A DNA stretch of 58,969 bases from the NCBI RefSeq assembly GCF_001194135.2, contig NC_068982.1:100685630-100744598 (forward strand), in the 5' to 3' direction. Below are positions 12,408 to 26,165 of the stretch, one piece after another. The first letter of the stretch is position 1. Each line of letters begins with the position of its first letter. Origin of the DNA: Octopus bimaculoides. Its lineage: Eukaryota. The translations under genes and the position numbers were made by a program. A model generated the notes under the pieces. The model saw nothing but the letters and a program-made list of their open reading frames with translations, made no database searches and had not been told where the DNA came from.

Positions 12408-13878
12408 TTAAGAAAACAAGATCCTATAATGTTTGCTCAAGACGAGTTGTTGTGGGGTGATTTTGTTAATATCATTAAAGTTTGTATTTAGCTTGTCAAA
12501 CTGCGACTGTGTTAACTTTGTGTATAAGATCGCCAAGAATGTTTGTTAATCGTCAATATTTTTTTCTGTGTACCTTCATTTCTTTAAGTAAACCTGTTCA
12601 TGTATTTTCAAAAACTTGGGGTACATATTTACTGCTACCACAGTTGTAGCCAACATTTCATCATACTAATCAGGTAGTGGTCATATTGAACCACAAGCAA
12701 ACCAAGTAAAATGAATGTTAATAAAAATATAAGTAATAAATCTAAGGATGACTCTTACTTCCTACCCTGCGGTAAAGCGATAGGCGTTCAAATTTTCTGA
12801 TGCTCTTTGTAGGTAAGACAGAACTAATAAACTAAACAATCAAAAAGCATTTATTTTTTTTTATTTTTCATAAAATAATCCATGAAAATATTTTCCTAAC
12901 AGAGCTCAGTGAAAACACGAGAGAGTAGAGCTAAGTAAAACAGCAATAAAAACAAAAGCAAATATTAGAGCAGCGATAACAAAAACTAATCATATTTCTG
13001 TTATCTTCTAATTTACTACGTCAGATAACATTAACAGAAAGCAAATGTTCAAAAAAGACATGTCAAAAGATAATATAAGAACAAAATATATCCTATTAGA
13101 ATTATGAAATTGATTGAGGTAGACTATCATGTTCATTTTACCTTATCGTCCTCTCCCCATTGCCTCTATCTTTTGTAATTTGTCCTTTATATTTGTGTAC
13201 TTTTCTTTCTCTTTCACTGCTTTCCCTCTCGCCAACTTGCCTCTGTTTCTTTTTCTGTTTCCCCTCTCTTTATACGGACGTACATACATAGCATTATTTT
13301 GATTATTCATTCTATTATTACTACGGAGTTTTACACGTGCAAAGTATACGTGAGTAGATTAATGTACACATGAGGTAGGCTGCCCTCATGAGTCAAGATG
13401 GGTAAAGTGATCAAAATATTCGACAAGTCAAAAGTACAGTGGACTGCCATGGTGCAATGGAAACTTCCCGATTCAGATCTATGTAGTTATGAATAGAAAA
13501 CTACACCGTAACGCTCTTTAGGTTTGATAGCTATGGATTTGAGTCAATAGCTCTTGAAATACCGAGTGTCTAATTGCCATATTTCTACCATCAGAGGAGT
13601 TTCCTTCGAATATCCCTGCCTTTTGGCTTTTTTATATGACTGGTTGCTTGAAACATTTCAGTTGAACAAATCATGTTGTTTCATGATTCACTGAAGTATG
13701 CATTGGCTTTATCGACAATACTCGTGTTATTGAAGACCGTTAAGGTGTTTGGTTCTGAAGTTTACGGATGAATTCGGACAGGGATGCAGAGTTTTCCTTG
13801 TTCCTTGACTTAAACAACAGTAGATATTGATAATAACAGCTCCAGTTCCTCATCTCTATCTATCTATCTATCTATCTA

Positions 13879-13913
<35 letters not shown>

Positions 13914-15258
13914 AAAATNNNNNNNNNNNNNNNNNNNNNNNNNNNNNNNNNNNNNNNNNNNNNNNNNNNNNNNNNNNNNNNNNNNNNNNNNNNNNNNNNN
14001 NNNNNNNNNNNNNNNNNNNNNNNNNNNNNNNNNNNNNNNNNNNNNNNNNNNNNNNNNNNNNNNNNNNNNNNNNNNNNNNNNNNNNNNNNNNNNNNNNNNN
14101 NNNNNNNNNNNNNNNNNNNNNNNNNNNNNNNNNNNNNNNNNNNNNNNNNNNNNNNNNNNNNNNNNNNNNNNNNNNNNNNNNNNNNNNNNNNNNNNNNNNN
14201 NNNNNNNNNNNNNNNNNNNNNNNNNNNNNNNNNNNNNNNNNNNNNNNNNNNNNNNNNNNNNNNNNNNNNNNNNNNNNNNNNNNNNNNNNNNNNNNNNNNN
14301 NNNNNNNNNNNNNNNNNNNNNNNNNNNNNNNNNNNNNNNNNNNNNNNNNNNNNNNNNNNNNNNNNNNNNNNNNNNNNNNNNNNNNNNNNNNNNNNNNNNN
14401 NNNNNNNNNNNNNNNNNNNNNNNNNNNNNNNNNNNNNNNNNNNNNNNNNNNNNNNNNNNNNNNNNNNNNNNNNNNNNNNNNNNNNNNNNNNNNNNNNNNN
14501 NNNNNNNNNNNNNNNNNNNNNNNNNNNNNNNNNNNNNNNNNNNNCGATATACAAAAATATTAAATACATTTAATACAATATATATATATATATATATATA
14601 TACTCTGTATCTCTTATTCCCGTCCATTATTTTTTCCTTATTTTTTTCTTGTATACCTCTCTTATATCCCACCTACTCTATCACTATCTCACTTTTAATC
14701 CCTTCTTTCCTGTCAGTTCCCATGGCCATATCTATCTGTTCACGTCTCTCTCACCTTTCTGTTCTCGTCGTTTAACGGGAACTACAATCACTTTTTTTAT
14801 AATTTATATAAATGTGTATTTTCACACTAAGCAGTTATCATACTTTTTCTCCTATCGATGTATAAACCTCCTTCTTTGATGTCTAATCCATAACTTACAA
14901 TTAACATATTTTCTAATTCCCACCGATTACATACTTTCAGTCAATTCAATTTTGGGAAAAAGCCATCTGTGTATTCTCATTCCTTCTGTTAACCCCCGAT
15001 TTTTTTTTCACAATATTTGTAACCTTAACTGTTTGATATTAGAACTATTCAGCAATTATCTATTGAATTAATTGCTTAAAGGAGCGACATGCAACTCCAT
15101 GTCATAATGAATTGCTGAATAAAAGATGATTCGTTCACGTACATGAACAGATACATAGACATGAAGACACACAAATGCACGTTTACAGATACATTCATAT
15201 ATACACACACACACATCAGTCACTCACATTTATATATACTCTTATATAAACACACAAA

Positions 15259-15347
15259 GGTAAATTTTCAGATTAACACCCGCACGCTAAAACCATAACC
15301 CTAACACCCTAGTGAAAATCGTGCGGGTGTTAATCTGAAAATTTACC
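15259..15347. mobile_element. 89-bp Merlin-type MITE
   Basis: Perfect 28-bp TIRs starting GGTAA (15259-15286 / 15320-15347); perfect 8-bp TSD CACACAAA (15251-15258 / 15348-15355). Confidence 0.85.
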
Positions 15348-17059
15348 CACACAAATATACGTACGTATATGCACAAACGCATATATATATATACAATCCC
15401 ACAAATGCATAGATTTATTTCTATAAATAAGTGCAGACATGGTTGTGTGGTTAAGCAGGTCACTTCACAACTGCGTAGATTAGGGGTGATCCCATTGCGT
15501 GGCACTTGAAAGAAGTGTCTAATGCATTAGACTCAGATCCGCCGAAACCTTGCGAGTGGAAGGAAACCTGGGTAGGGCACTTAATCCGTTGCCCTTGGCT
15601 TTCTTTCGTTGAGTGAACTCTATTTGCAAGCACTGAGGCCAAGTTTCCGGTCTGAGTATGATTTTCCTGCCGTCAATCACAGAAGCTCAGAGAAAAGTGA
15701 AGGGCACTTCTCCTCCTCTAACTGAGCCATTAAAACAACTAATGATGAATTCATATACATAAATATGTGCACGTATTCATACATACTCATGCACACACAG
15801 ACACACATACATATAAATGGCTCGGAGACACATACCTACGCACTTACATATGAAGACAATCTATTATTTTGTGGAGAAAAGAATTTGAAAAAAAAAACAA
15901 CACAAAAATCTTATTCTTATTCATTTATATTTATTCTCAAAAAGAGTCATTATTCACCCATTTTTGGTCAGTATTTGATACACCAACATACATGCATGTT
16001 TCTGTCATTTTACTGAAAATTCCATATCTTAAAATTTGCCATTTCATCAAACACTGAGATAATTTGTTTTGTTTCTTTTGAGAGGAAAACTTGTAGAATA
16101 GGCACATTTTTCAATTGGACTGATATTAAGTGTTAGCATTTTCCTTAACTGAAACAGATTGGAGGATTAGTAAACCGTCGAATAAAATAGTCACATTTAG
16201 CCGCATACCTTTACGTTTTTAGTTCAAATTCTGCCGAAGTCGCTTTCTTGGCTAAAGACTCAAAATAGGTACAAGCCATTTATTGAGCTTTGCTAAACCA
16301 ACCAAAATTTTGTGTCATCCAAAAATGTGGCTTGTGCCTATGGTATAAATTAAAATTCACTGTAAGTTGAGAAGAGACTGACATTTTTAAGTGTTTAAAA
16401 TAAATATAATTTAGCATGCTCTTTTTTTTTTTAGTTTTTATTTTCATGCTATTCAACTTAAGAGAGTTCAAATGGAATTTGCACGCAATGAAATAGAAGT
16501 AAATACAATTAAAATATTGAAAATAAAGAGTTAATCATTGATATTGCCAAGATCAATGGTTCAGGCTTTGATGCTGCGTCAGCAGCGATTAACAATTAGC
16601 AATTATCTCTCCCTATCCAGTCATAGACGAAAATAAAACGAGTGAGGAGCCAAATTATTTCATTTTAGTTATGAGTGTTTTCTATATTCAATAATTGCAA
16701 TAATTTTAGCTGTTGTACAAAGTGATTAATTTTCAACAACAGACACGAATCTTAGATCACTTATGTTTCTATATCGTCATGGTGAATTCCTTCGACATGA
16801 GCTCATAAAATAGCCGATACAGATGTGAAATAACTGGGAAGTGATAGTCGGTAATAATGGACAATAAAATGAAATTAGAAGGTACTTTATTTGTTTGTGA
16901 AATCCAGAATAGTGTAATTAAATATATCTTACTTTTTTTTTGTTGTTGTTAAAATCTATAAAATAAAATGATCGACATTGCGTAAAATGTCTAATGCATT
17001 TGATGAATGCCATGAATACATTATATATATGTACCTGATGCCAACAGAATTCTAACAGC

Positions 17060-17800
17060 TAAAAAGAAAGCAGATTGTCTGAAGTACTTAGGCATGGTTT
17101 GATACTTATAGCTGACGTGACTTCATATCCATTCTATGGTGTTGGCGTGCATAGTTACATGATTTAGATCTACAAGATGAAGATCGAAGATTACTGTGCC
17201 GTGGCTTGACAATCGTTGGTAGTTGACACGCTAGCCATCGTTTACAATGCCGGTGTCTGGCAACACATCATCAATAGTGATAGGCAATAATATCGAAGCA
17301 ATTCGATTAGAGACAGGCACACAGATACATCTAAGGCTGTAACGGTTTACCATCCTTAGATTACAGTAGTCACTCCGCCTGGTGCCAACTGCGATGGTAT
17401 TTGCGGTGTGTAAATTTTGACTGGTCAGTCTCTACGACTGTATCCTCGATACAGCACACGGCACCTACTTCTGACATAAACCAGCCAAGAATTACTTCTG
17501 ACTGCTTGAAGTCAATTGCTGTCCACTAATAAGTTCCACAAGACGAGATTGTCGGACGCAGACTTTTGCCTAATACTGCTATGTGACTTTTACATATTAC
17601 AGTGCCAAGATTTTCCATCTGCAAATGCCTCACGATTGATTGAAGAGTCATTGGCTGTTCACAGCACATCATCGAATTATTAATCAATCCTACCAATGTA
17701 AGAGACTGTAATCGATAGTATGATCAATACCATCAGTTATCATGTGAATCTCTTGTAGGAAGTAATTCCTTTCAGTCAACGCTTCATGAATAATTATCTC
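17060..17800 (-). pseudogene. Merlin (IS1595/ISXO2-like) DDE transposase relic
   Basis: Reverse strand: DTVVETDQSKFTHRKYH (17444-17394), VPVSNRIASILLPI..VLPDTGIVNDG* (17320-17231), HANTIEW (17149-17129); frameshifts and stops. Confidence 0.8.
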
Positions 17801-20357
17801 TTCCACGATTCTAGTAAGCACTTTAATCCTCCTGCATCTAGTTATTTAATTTTGACTACATTTAACCACCGATTACAAACGATAAGAATCTTATTAATTA
17901 TATTACTGATTTTCGAGTTTTTCACTTGAATTCTTTTACTCTTTTTGTCAGCCTTTTTATATAATTATAACGAAAGAATGAATGCTCACCATGGTCACGG
18001 TTCTGAAATGTTATTATGGTCGTAAAATACCAAACTCACTAAATATTTAGAAATAAAAGTTGGTATGCCTCCGTAATTTAGTCTCATATGGGAATGCCTT
18101 CTTCCATGATTATCTTCGGGGATTCTACAGTGCATGCCCTTCTATTACCATTATTTCGGTTGAAATTACACAACTTTTGTTTCACTTAATTAAAAAATAA
18201 TGAAGAATTTAGTAAAATAACTTTGTCATCATTAAGCTGATGTTTGGAGCTTAAATTAACTTGAAGATTGAAGGAAGGTCTTAATTTAGATCACGTTAAA
18301 ATTGGATGTTTGTATCAATGAACCAGAGGTAGCCTCAGGCGGGTTGGTGTGAAAAGGAGAAATGAAATAAGCAAAAAGATATTATGACAAGCAAAGAAGA
18401 TAACTCTGAATATCAGAAAAATTGAAAGTCTACCTATTCTACAGTATTGCAGAATGTTTTCCAGAAGTATTTTCTCTCATCCATAATTGTTGATATTCTA
18501 ATGGATGATATTTTTTGTCAAAGAGAATTTGTTGAACTATTTGCTGTTCTCTATGCTGTCGTATGAATTAAAAATGGTCTTCTTGCCTATATACATATAT
18601 ATTTCGTTGTTACAAGTTTTCTTTGCAAATTTCTGTTTCTTGTTTGTATTTAATGTTTAAAATGTTTTGTCTTTTCTCCTCGTGAGTAATTTTTATAAAA
18701 AAATCATATAAATAAGTGTGTTAAAATTCAACCTGCAGAGGATGCCAAAAACTTAAGGTCGGCACTGGTAAGTGGCTCTTGTCCTGGGCAACATCGGTGG
18801 AATTGAGATTAAAGAATTGCATGCATGGACAACTACCTGACTTCAACATAAAATCTCGTTCATGCTTGCGCATGTGGTGCCCACGCTCGCGCTCGCGTAC
18901 ACGCAAAGACGGATACACACACACACACACACGCACGCGCACACACACATACACACATGCACACGCGCGCGCACGCATATTTCTACAGCCACCTATGTAT
19001 CATACTTAATCCAAATACACCGCGAAAACTCAAATTAACTGCCGTAGTACAGTGAGTACAAGCTACAAACAAAGTCCAGCGAAGCAGAAATGCATATCTT
19101 GCATTGCCACCGCCACTTCTGGGCGATTTTCGTCTGCTACTGATGTATCTGTGTTTTTAAACAAATTACGTCCATAAAAGATGTTAACTGGAAGAATACT
19201 GCAGTTAATCTTTAACGATGTATTTGCATTAAGCATGTTACACGGATGATTATTTTAATCTAATATTGCTTCTGTTACATATAATGCATTTATATTTATA
19301 TTTGCATCTATGTATATGGTCAACTTTGACTGAAGAATGTCCCTCCCCAGAACACTGTCGAAATCTGTACACATGTTTTAAAGTCAATGGCTAGCTTCCT
19401 GTTATATTTTATCCTGTATTCAAATTATTCCGGATATGTATTTACTTTTTAGGACAGTCCATTGAAATTTGAAGAAAATTTGGATGTCATTTCTAGCAAG
19501 CCGCATAGACTTAGCACCACTCTCGGTTTGTGTAAGAGCTTAGTTTTTTGCAAGTCAAATCATTTACATACACTAATCTCATTCTCTTTCTCTTTCACTC
19601 ACTCACTCACACTCTATCTCCCACACGACTCTGACAATGTTATAAGACGAGGAGGATGGTGATGGTGGAGGTGGTGGTGGGATAGTGAGAGAAGGACAGG
19701 TGATAATGGGTCAAAGATACCAAAACTAGCGAAACGATAATTTCATTGTCTTTAATCTCTTATTGTTTCATCTGTTGTCTTACGGATCGAATCATTTCTT
19801 TCGTTCTCCTTATATCGAGATGGAACCCTTGCCGATCTTCTATTGGACCCTTCTTCTTCTAGCGCCAGTCTTGCTGGTTTTCCTAATTTACAAGTAAGGA
19901 CACTTTCAGAATTTATTTCCTGTGTTTTTGTGTTATTGTGGTTTAATCCTAGGTTAAGAAGAGCTATGATCAACGACCCTTTTTTTGCCGTCTTTTTAAC
20001 CCAATCTAAGAGTATAATCAATATCTAATACAATTCTTCCATTTTTTTATGGGGTGAGGTAAATTAAAGGACTTAATACAAATGTAGAATATACATTTAA
20101 TACATTATACATTATACATTATAACATTTAATACATTATAACTGAAAGTCTCCGATTTCCAGTACTTGTATGTGTGTGTATGTATGTATGTGGGTAGGTA
20201 TGTAGGTATGTATGTATGTATGTATGTATAACTCTGTGCAAGACATTGTAGATCTTTGGCTGGGCTAAAAAGTCACATTCGATCACAGCACCGTTAAGTT
20301 AAGCTTCGTGCAATGGCCATACTCGATAACGAAGGGGGCAGCCATCATGTATGTATG

Positions 20358-20462
20358 TTATTATGCAGTTTTGTTTCCAGATTTCTTGCCAATAGAGAAA
20401 GAATCGGTTTCTAACCTAGGTCCAAGGCTCCTTCGTTGGAATTTCAACAATATCAACAGGGT
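20358..20462 (-). repeat. ~105-bp element abutting (CATA)n; further copies 23771-23872 (+) and 24314-24418 (+)
   Basis: Three alignable copies of gttgatgttgaaattcc...ttggatctag..agaaacc...gaaataaaact. Confidence 0.75.
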
Positions 20463-21257
20463 ATTATGTATATATGTATGTATGTATGTATTGTGCTTTT
20501 TGTCGAGCGTGGGTTTCAAACTCAAGGAAAGACCTGAGTCATACAAACTTTAGCTACTCCTGTGGTATGTTATGAGCGGAGGGATAATTGGTTATTATCT
20601 GTGACAGGTCGAGCGACATCATATAAGCTTTTATTTTGTGTACTTTTTTTAAGTTAAAATCTTCCACGTGTCACCCCTTACCATCATTTCTTCCTCTTTT
20701 TTTTTAAAGACACGTGGTATAATGTAGCCCGAGTTACTCTCCAAGATGAGTACACTGCTTTTGGTCATAGGACTACTGGACCAGAATTAACCTGGGGATA
20801 AGTAGCAATAACAACGCGAGACAGATTCGTGTGTGTGTGTGTGTATGCGTGCACTGGAATCTCGTTGTTATATGAATCTATAGAAATATTGAAAGACAAT
20901 TAGTTTAATTATTAGTTTAATTAAAACGCAACAGATATATCACAACAACACAGCTACCTGAAAAATATCGATGTGTTGGTTATTGGTGGAATTACTTTGA
21001 CCTTAGACCTGCTAGGTCAAAGCAGTTCCAGAACTAATTAAAAATTAGTGACGAACTCACTTAACGAGGAACTCTCTGAGTGGTCACTCGACCTCTTAGA
21101 AATCGGGATAAATCTCAGACTAGAAAGAACAGTAATCTGTTATTGTTGTTGTTATTAACTCTAGGTGAGTCTTAATACAGAAAATCTCTATGATCAAAGA
21201 CGTTTCAATAGCAATGATCTGCTTGCTATTTCTAGCAGATTGAATGATCGTGTAAAA

Positions 21258-21428
21258 CAGAAGTTCCTAACCTCCGGGTCGCGCGTCACATAGTACTGAG
21301 CTGCACAGAAAGAATAAATTTTAGAATTTTATTTCTGTGTTATTGACTACCGCATGTATACCTCTCACTCTCTCTCTCTTTCTCTCTCTCCCTCACTCAC
21401 TTTCTCTCCCTCCCCTCTCTCTATGTAA

Positions 21429-21461
<33 letters not shown>

Positions 21462-21517
21462 TAGATAGATAGATATAGATATAGATACATACACACACAC
21501 ATACATACATACATACA

Positions 21518-21551
<34 letters not shown>

Positions 21552-21701
21552 AATACATCTTATTGTGTTTTGTTATGCGCTTGATCGCTCGGTCCGTGGA
21601 AAAATTATCTTGTATGAAACCGGTGCAAAAAGAGTTTAAAAATTGTCATACATGAAAAATTGTCTTGCATGAACCGTTGCAAAAGAATTTGGGAACCGCT
21701 G
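21258..21701. mobile_element. hAT-like MITE with internal microsatellites
   Basis: Ends cagaagttcctaa / ttgggaaccgctg resemble hAT CAG..GTTCCCAA TIRs; 8-bp TSD only 5/8 matched. Confidence 0.5.
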
Positions 21702-22089
21702 ATCTAAAGCACCCTCGTTGATTGGGATAAGTCTCACTTGTTTTTATGGTTGTTGCTTAGCTATGGGCGGCAAGCTAGCAGAATAGTTAACATGTCGGAC
21801 AAAATGTCTAACAGCATTTCTTTCGGCTCTTTACCTTCTAATTCCACCGGAGTTTACTTTACCTTTCATTCTTTTGGGGTTGATAAAGTAAATGCCAGTT
21901 ATGTACTGGAGTCTTTCTAATTGCACCCACCCCCATCCAAAAAAAAAAACAAAAGAAAAATTTCCAGCTTTGTGCTCGGCGTGTTGGTTTGTCCAACACG
22001 AAGAGCTGGCCGAACTGTTAGCGCGTCGAATAAAAGGCTTAGCGGCATTCCTTTTGTCCTATAATTATATATGAGCTCATATCTTCAGC

Positions 22090-23690
22090 CATCATGAAGT
22101 GAATTCTTATAACAGCAATAGCCTCCATCTTTTGAGGAAATGTGCTGAACACAATCACTTTATAGCCGACACAAACTTTCACCTTCCAGCAAGATGAATA
22201 GCATCTTGGATACATCGTCGTTCAATTCACTGGCATCGTCTAGACTATGTAATTATGAGGTGTGATCTCAATAATGTGTTGAGCTGAATGAAGCACTGGT
22301 AATAGACTCATTGTTAGTAAAGGTGACGATTGGAGCTTTAACAAATTTATTTCTTTTCATGTTTCAGAGAAATGATTCTGTAATTCTATCGTTTAGTCCC
22401 CTAGGAATAGATTCCAGGTAAGAAGCAAGAAAAAATTATTTTGTGGTAAATCTAACATCAAGAAAGTCGGAGGTGAATCTTTAAATAATCAACGTCATAA
22501 AGCCTTTTCTGAATCTTCCTTTGAAAGGTTAAACAAATCGTCCTCCAATCCTGATGGCAAATAGAGCACCTGGATCTTTTTTTTTAAAGAGATGCTGTAC
22601 ACCTCTGGAGCCGGCATACTTGACCATCGAGATAGTCGCCACAAAGAATGGTTTGATGAGATAGTAAAATGTTTAAGTCTTCCTTCAAGAATAGGCTAAT
22701 TAAAGCCATTAGCAATGAAGCCAACTTACAATACAGAACAAACCTTTGCGTTCAGGAAAATGTGCTCTCCTATAAAAGGAAACTAAAAGTCACAAAAAGT
22801 AACTAACTGGAAGGGCTCAAGAGATATAAATGTATGCCAGCACAAACGATACACAAATATTTTTTGAAAGTCTTAGTGCATTCTATGGCCCAACTTGTAT
22901 GAATGTTTCGCCGTTTCTCACAACGGATAAAAATGCATGTATCAAAGACAAAGAATATAGCAAAAGATAAACTGAGCATCTTCAGAAAATGCTGAGTAAA
23001 CCAACCAATATAAATACGAAATCTGTAAATAACCTGATGCAGATTTCTATTAAGATAGCTCTTAAGGAAATTCCCACTATTTTTTTTAACCAGTGACACT
23101 ATGAGGCTACTGTTCTTTAATAAAATACCAAATTCAGATTCCATTTTTGTTGAAACCTGGTGATAAAACACTCATTGAAAAACTAACTTAACTATGTTCC
23201 ATAATGTAGTCAATAAGATCTATTCCTCAAGAGTTCAAAGATGCTACAACCATTCACCTGTACTAAATTAGAAAGACAGATGGTCTTGTACCAGTTATTG
23301 AGGGATTTCCCTTTTGTCAAAATTTTAGCAAAACAAAATTTAGCAAAACAAAATTTTAGCAAGAACTCATCACGAACAAGCTCCTGTCAAGATGCCGCTG
23401 TGGTTTTCGTTATGAAAGGAATACCGATACGATTTTTGCAGTATGATAAACGAAAGTGTATAGTGCAGAATTAGGTCTTGTATATGTGGCAAGTATCCTT
23501 GCCAAATATGGTTGTCACTTCTTTTCATGTGTATGGTGCATCAATGTCCTGATGGCATGCTAGCGTGTATTAGGGGCAATGGAGAAATATTTGTACCTTA
23601 TTCTGTCACAGATGCTGTGAAACCGGTTGGTGTCTTAGCACCTACTCTTTTAGATATCATGTTTTTGCCATGTTGCGGGAGACCTCCACA
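22090..23690 (+). mobile_element. Long degenerate RTE/BovB LINE relic (APE endonuclease to RT)
   Basis: SWIHRRSIHWHRLDYVIMR, HKEWFDE, QEFKDATTIHLY, CGFR, GVLAPTL motifs in colinear order. Confidence 0.75.
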
Positions 23691-23884
23691 GTGCCTCCGT
23701 CCGGAACTGACATTGGATACGCATACATACATACATACATACATACATACATACATACATACATACATACCCAGTTGTTGATGTTGAAATTCCAATGAAA
23801 GAGCCTTGGATCTAGGCTAGAAACCAGCTCTTTCTCTGTTGGCATGAAATCTTGAAATAAAACTGAAAATCACATACATACGTA

Positions 23885-24110
23885 GTGGATTGTGACAGAC
23901 AAGAGTCTATGGACAGTAGTGGAAATCAGTTGTTCAGCGAATGCCAATATAAAGCTAAAGATCAGCTGAAAAGAAAATGCCTACGCTGAATTATTGAGAA
24001 GTTTACAGCTACTCCACCCAGATTACAAGTTTAGATTTATACCTGTAATTATTGGGGCACTAGGATATGCAACAAACTACCCCTTGAGAAATTTGTTCTG
24101 AAAACCAGAA
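23885..24110 (+). mobile_element. RLE-type LINE C-terminal fragment
   Basis: VVEISC...KENAYAELL...FIPVIIGALG. Confidence 0.6.
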
Positions 24111-25001
24111 AGGAAAAAACTAATTCGAAGGTTACAGATGCATGCCATCAACGAAACTGTCAAAATATGTAAAACTTACCAAATGTTTAGCATATATGAA
24201 CACATGCTCATGTCTAGACATGCAACTATATGTATGAGTAATACAGACATGAAACAAAACATACAGAGCTTCACATGCACTGACTTCAAAAACTTGCACA
24301 CACAGACGCATAACTATTCTGTTGATGTCGAAATTCCGATGAAGAAGACTTGGATCTAAGTTAGAAACCGGCTCCCTCTCCACTGGCAAGAAATTTAGAA
24401 ATAAAACTTGATAATAACATACATACATAAATTCATGCTTACATATATAAACGTAACACCTCCCCACACTAACGCACATACATATGTATGTAAAGTAGAT
24501 AATAAAAAGTAAATTATGAAGTAAGGAGGAACCCAACAAATAAATAGCATATGAAGTTAAACAAGTATAGAAAAATTCAGTGAAAGGAACGGTAACAATG
24601 AAAGAATGTGTTCAAGGAAAGTAACTACCTCAGATAAATGGAACAGAGAAGGAACTAACGTTTTAGATAATGCCCTTTATCAGAGAGAAGTAAAAGAAAT
24701 AAGATAGTGGGGAGAAAAAGAGGAGAGATACTAAATTTACAAAGTGTGTTTATATAGCAGGTTTTGTGTACCAAAATATTTACAAACATGTATATATAAC
24801 ATTCATGCACACACGTTCTTATACATCTAAACATTCCCATACCTATCTATAAACAAACATATGTATGCATATAAAAAGATGGAAAGCAGACACACAAGAC
24901 TCTAATGGAGGAAAACTTCAGCATTTAGTTCATTATTATATGTATTGAGTACTTTTCCGCTTTGTTTGCGAATTCTTATACACATATATATAATTTCATA
25001 G

Positions 25002-25143
25002 GATTTATTTCCAGAAAAAGCGTGAAATTCCCAAAAATACTGTTCTGCTGTATCAAATGGGACGTGGTCCTCATGCACCTAGCGTGTCACCGTTTCCGAT
25101 GAAATTGGAGACATATCTACGGATGGCTAAAATACCATATATG
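25002..25143 (+). CDS. FAXC: FAXC/failed axon connections homolog, first detected exon (GST-N/thioredoxin-like start); acceptor is either 25002 or 25015
   Basis: KKREIPKNTVLLYQMGRGPHAPSVSPFPMKLETYLRMAKIPYM matches the FAX PS-SPF-KLETYLRMA-IPY motif; donor ATG|gtctgt; in-frame stop at 24991 shows a splice acceptor is needed. Confidence 0.85.
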
Positions 25144-25369
25144 GTCTGTATGTTCTATTTCAATAATTCATTTATCTTTACTTATGAAAACCACCGTTAT
25201 ATAATATCTTATGATAAAATTTTATTTCGACATTTGTTTTTAATATTAGTCCCAAAATTTGATCGATTAAACTCGCTTCCCAAATATGAGGCCTCATGCC
25301 AAAATTAGAGATGTACTGATTGGTGGAATCGTTTGTGTCGAACAACATTTTCTTCTTTTATTTAGTTAC

Positions 25370-25785
25370 AACCTTTTAGATTCTGTAAAGGAATTTAACA
25401 AATTAAGTAAATATAACGACCTTGAAATTGAAATACAAAAGATATGGCATCTTAAATCGAGAACTGTTCCTGTTATTGTAGATGTCCTAGGTATGCTAAA
25501 GGGATGTCAAAAACATCTAGATAACATTCCAGGAGAACCATGTCTCAGAGAAATCCAAAAGATTGTACTGATAAGTACTGCTCACATCCTTAGAAAGACC
25601 CTATCAATTTAAATGTCTGTTGTATTACATGAAGATATTTCGCAACTACCCCTGCCACTTCACCTTCCCAAGCTTTCAGTTATGCTGTAACATCTCTTAT
25701 ACTTCACTCGCCCTAGGACGCTGGGTGTGTCTCGGAAAATGTGATTGTAACAAACATGCAGATTAAAAGTAAATAACAATAGTAA
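25370..25785 (+). mobile_element. R4/Dong-clade LINE 3' fragment (RLE end + 3' UTR)
   Basis: KLSKYNDLEIEIQKIW..TVPVIV..LG..EIQKIVLISTAHILRKTL*; ends in a TAA-like tail. Confidence 0.8.
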
Positions 25786-25789
25786 TAGT

Positions 25790-26165
25790 GGTTTCAAATT
25801 TTGCCACAAGGGCAGCCATTTTGGGGGAGGGGATGAGTCGATTACATCGACCCTAGTGTTTCACTGGTACTTAATTAATCGACCCCGAAAGAATGAAAGG
25901 CAAAGTCGACCTCGGTGGAATTTGAACTCAGAACGTGAAGACACAAAATAAGCATTTCGCTCGTTGTGCATACGATTCTACAGCTCGTCACCTCAACAAC
26001 AACAACAACAATAATAATAAAAGTCTTTTCTACTCTAGGCACAAGGTCCGAAATTTTGGGGGTGGGGGTCAGTCAATCGACCCCAGTACGCAACTGGTAC
26101 TTAATTTATCGACCCAGGAAGGATGAAAGGCAAAGTCGACCTCGGCGGAATTTAAAATCAGAAAG
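25790..26165 (-). mobile_element. Two family B SINE copies, antisense in FAXC intron, CpGs retained
   Basis: gtcgacctcggtgg/gtcgacctcggcgg aatttgaactcagaa cores. Confidence 0.8.

Noticed and set aside
19752-20028. Overlapping 89-aa (-) and 61-aa (+) ORFs
   Set aside because: No motif recognised, one has a non-ATG start, and there is no splice support.
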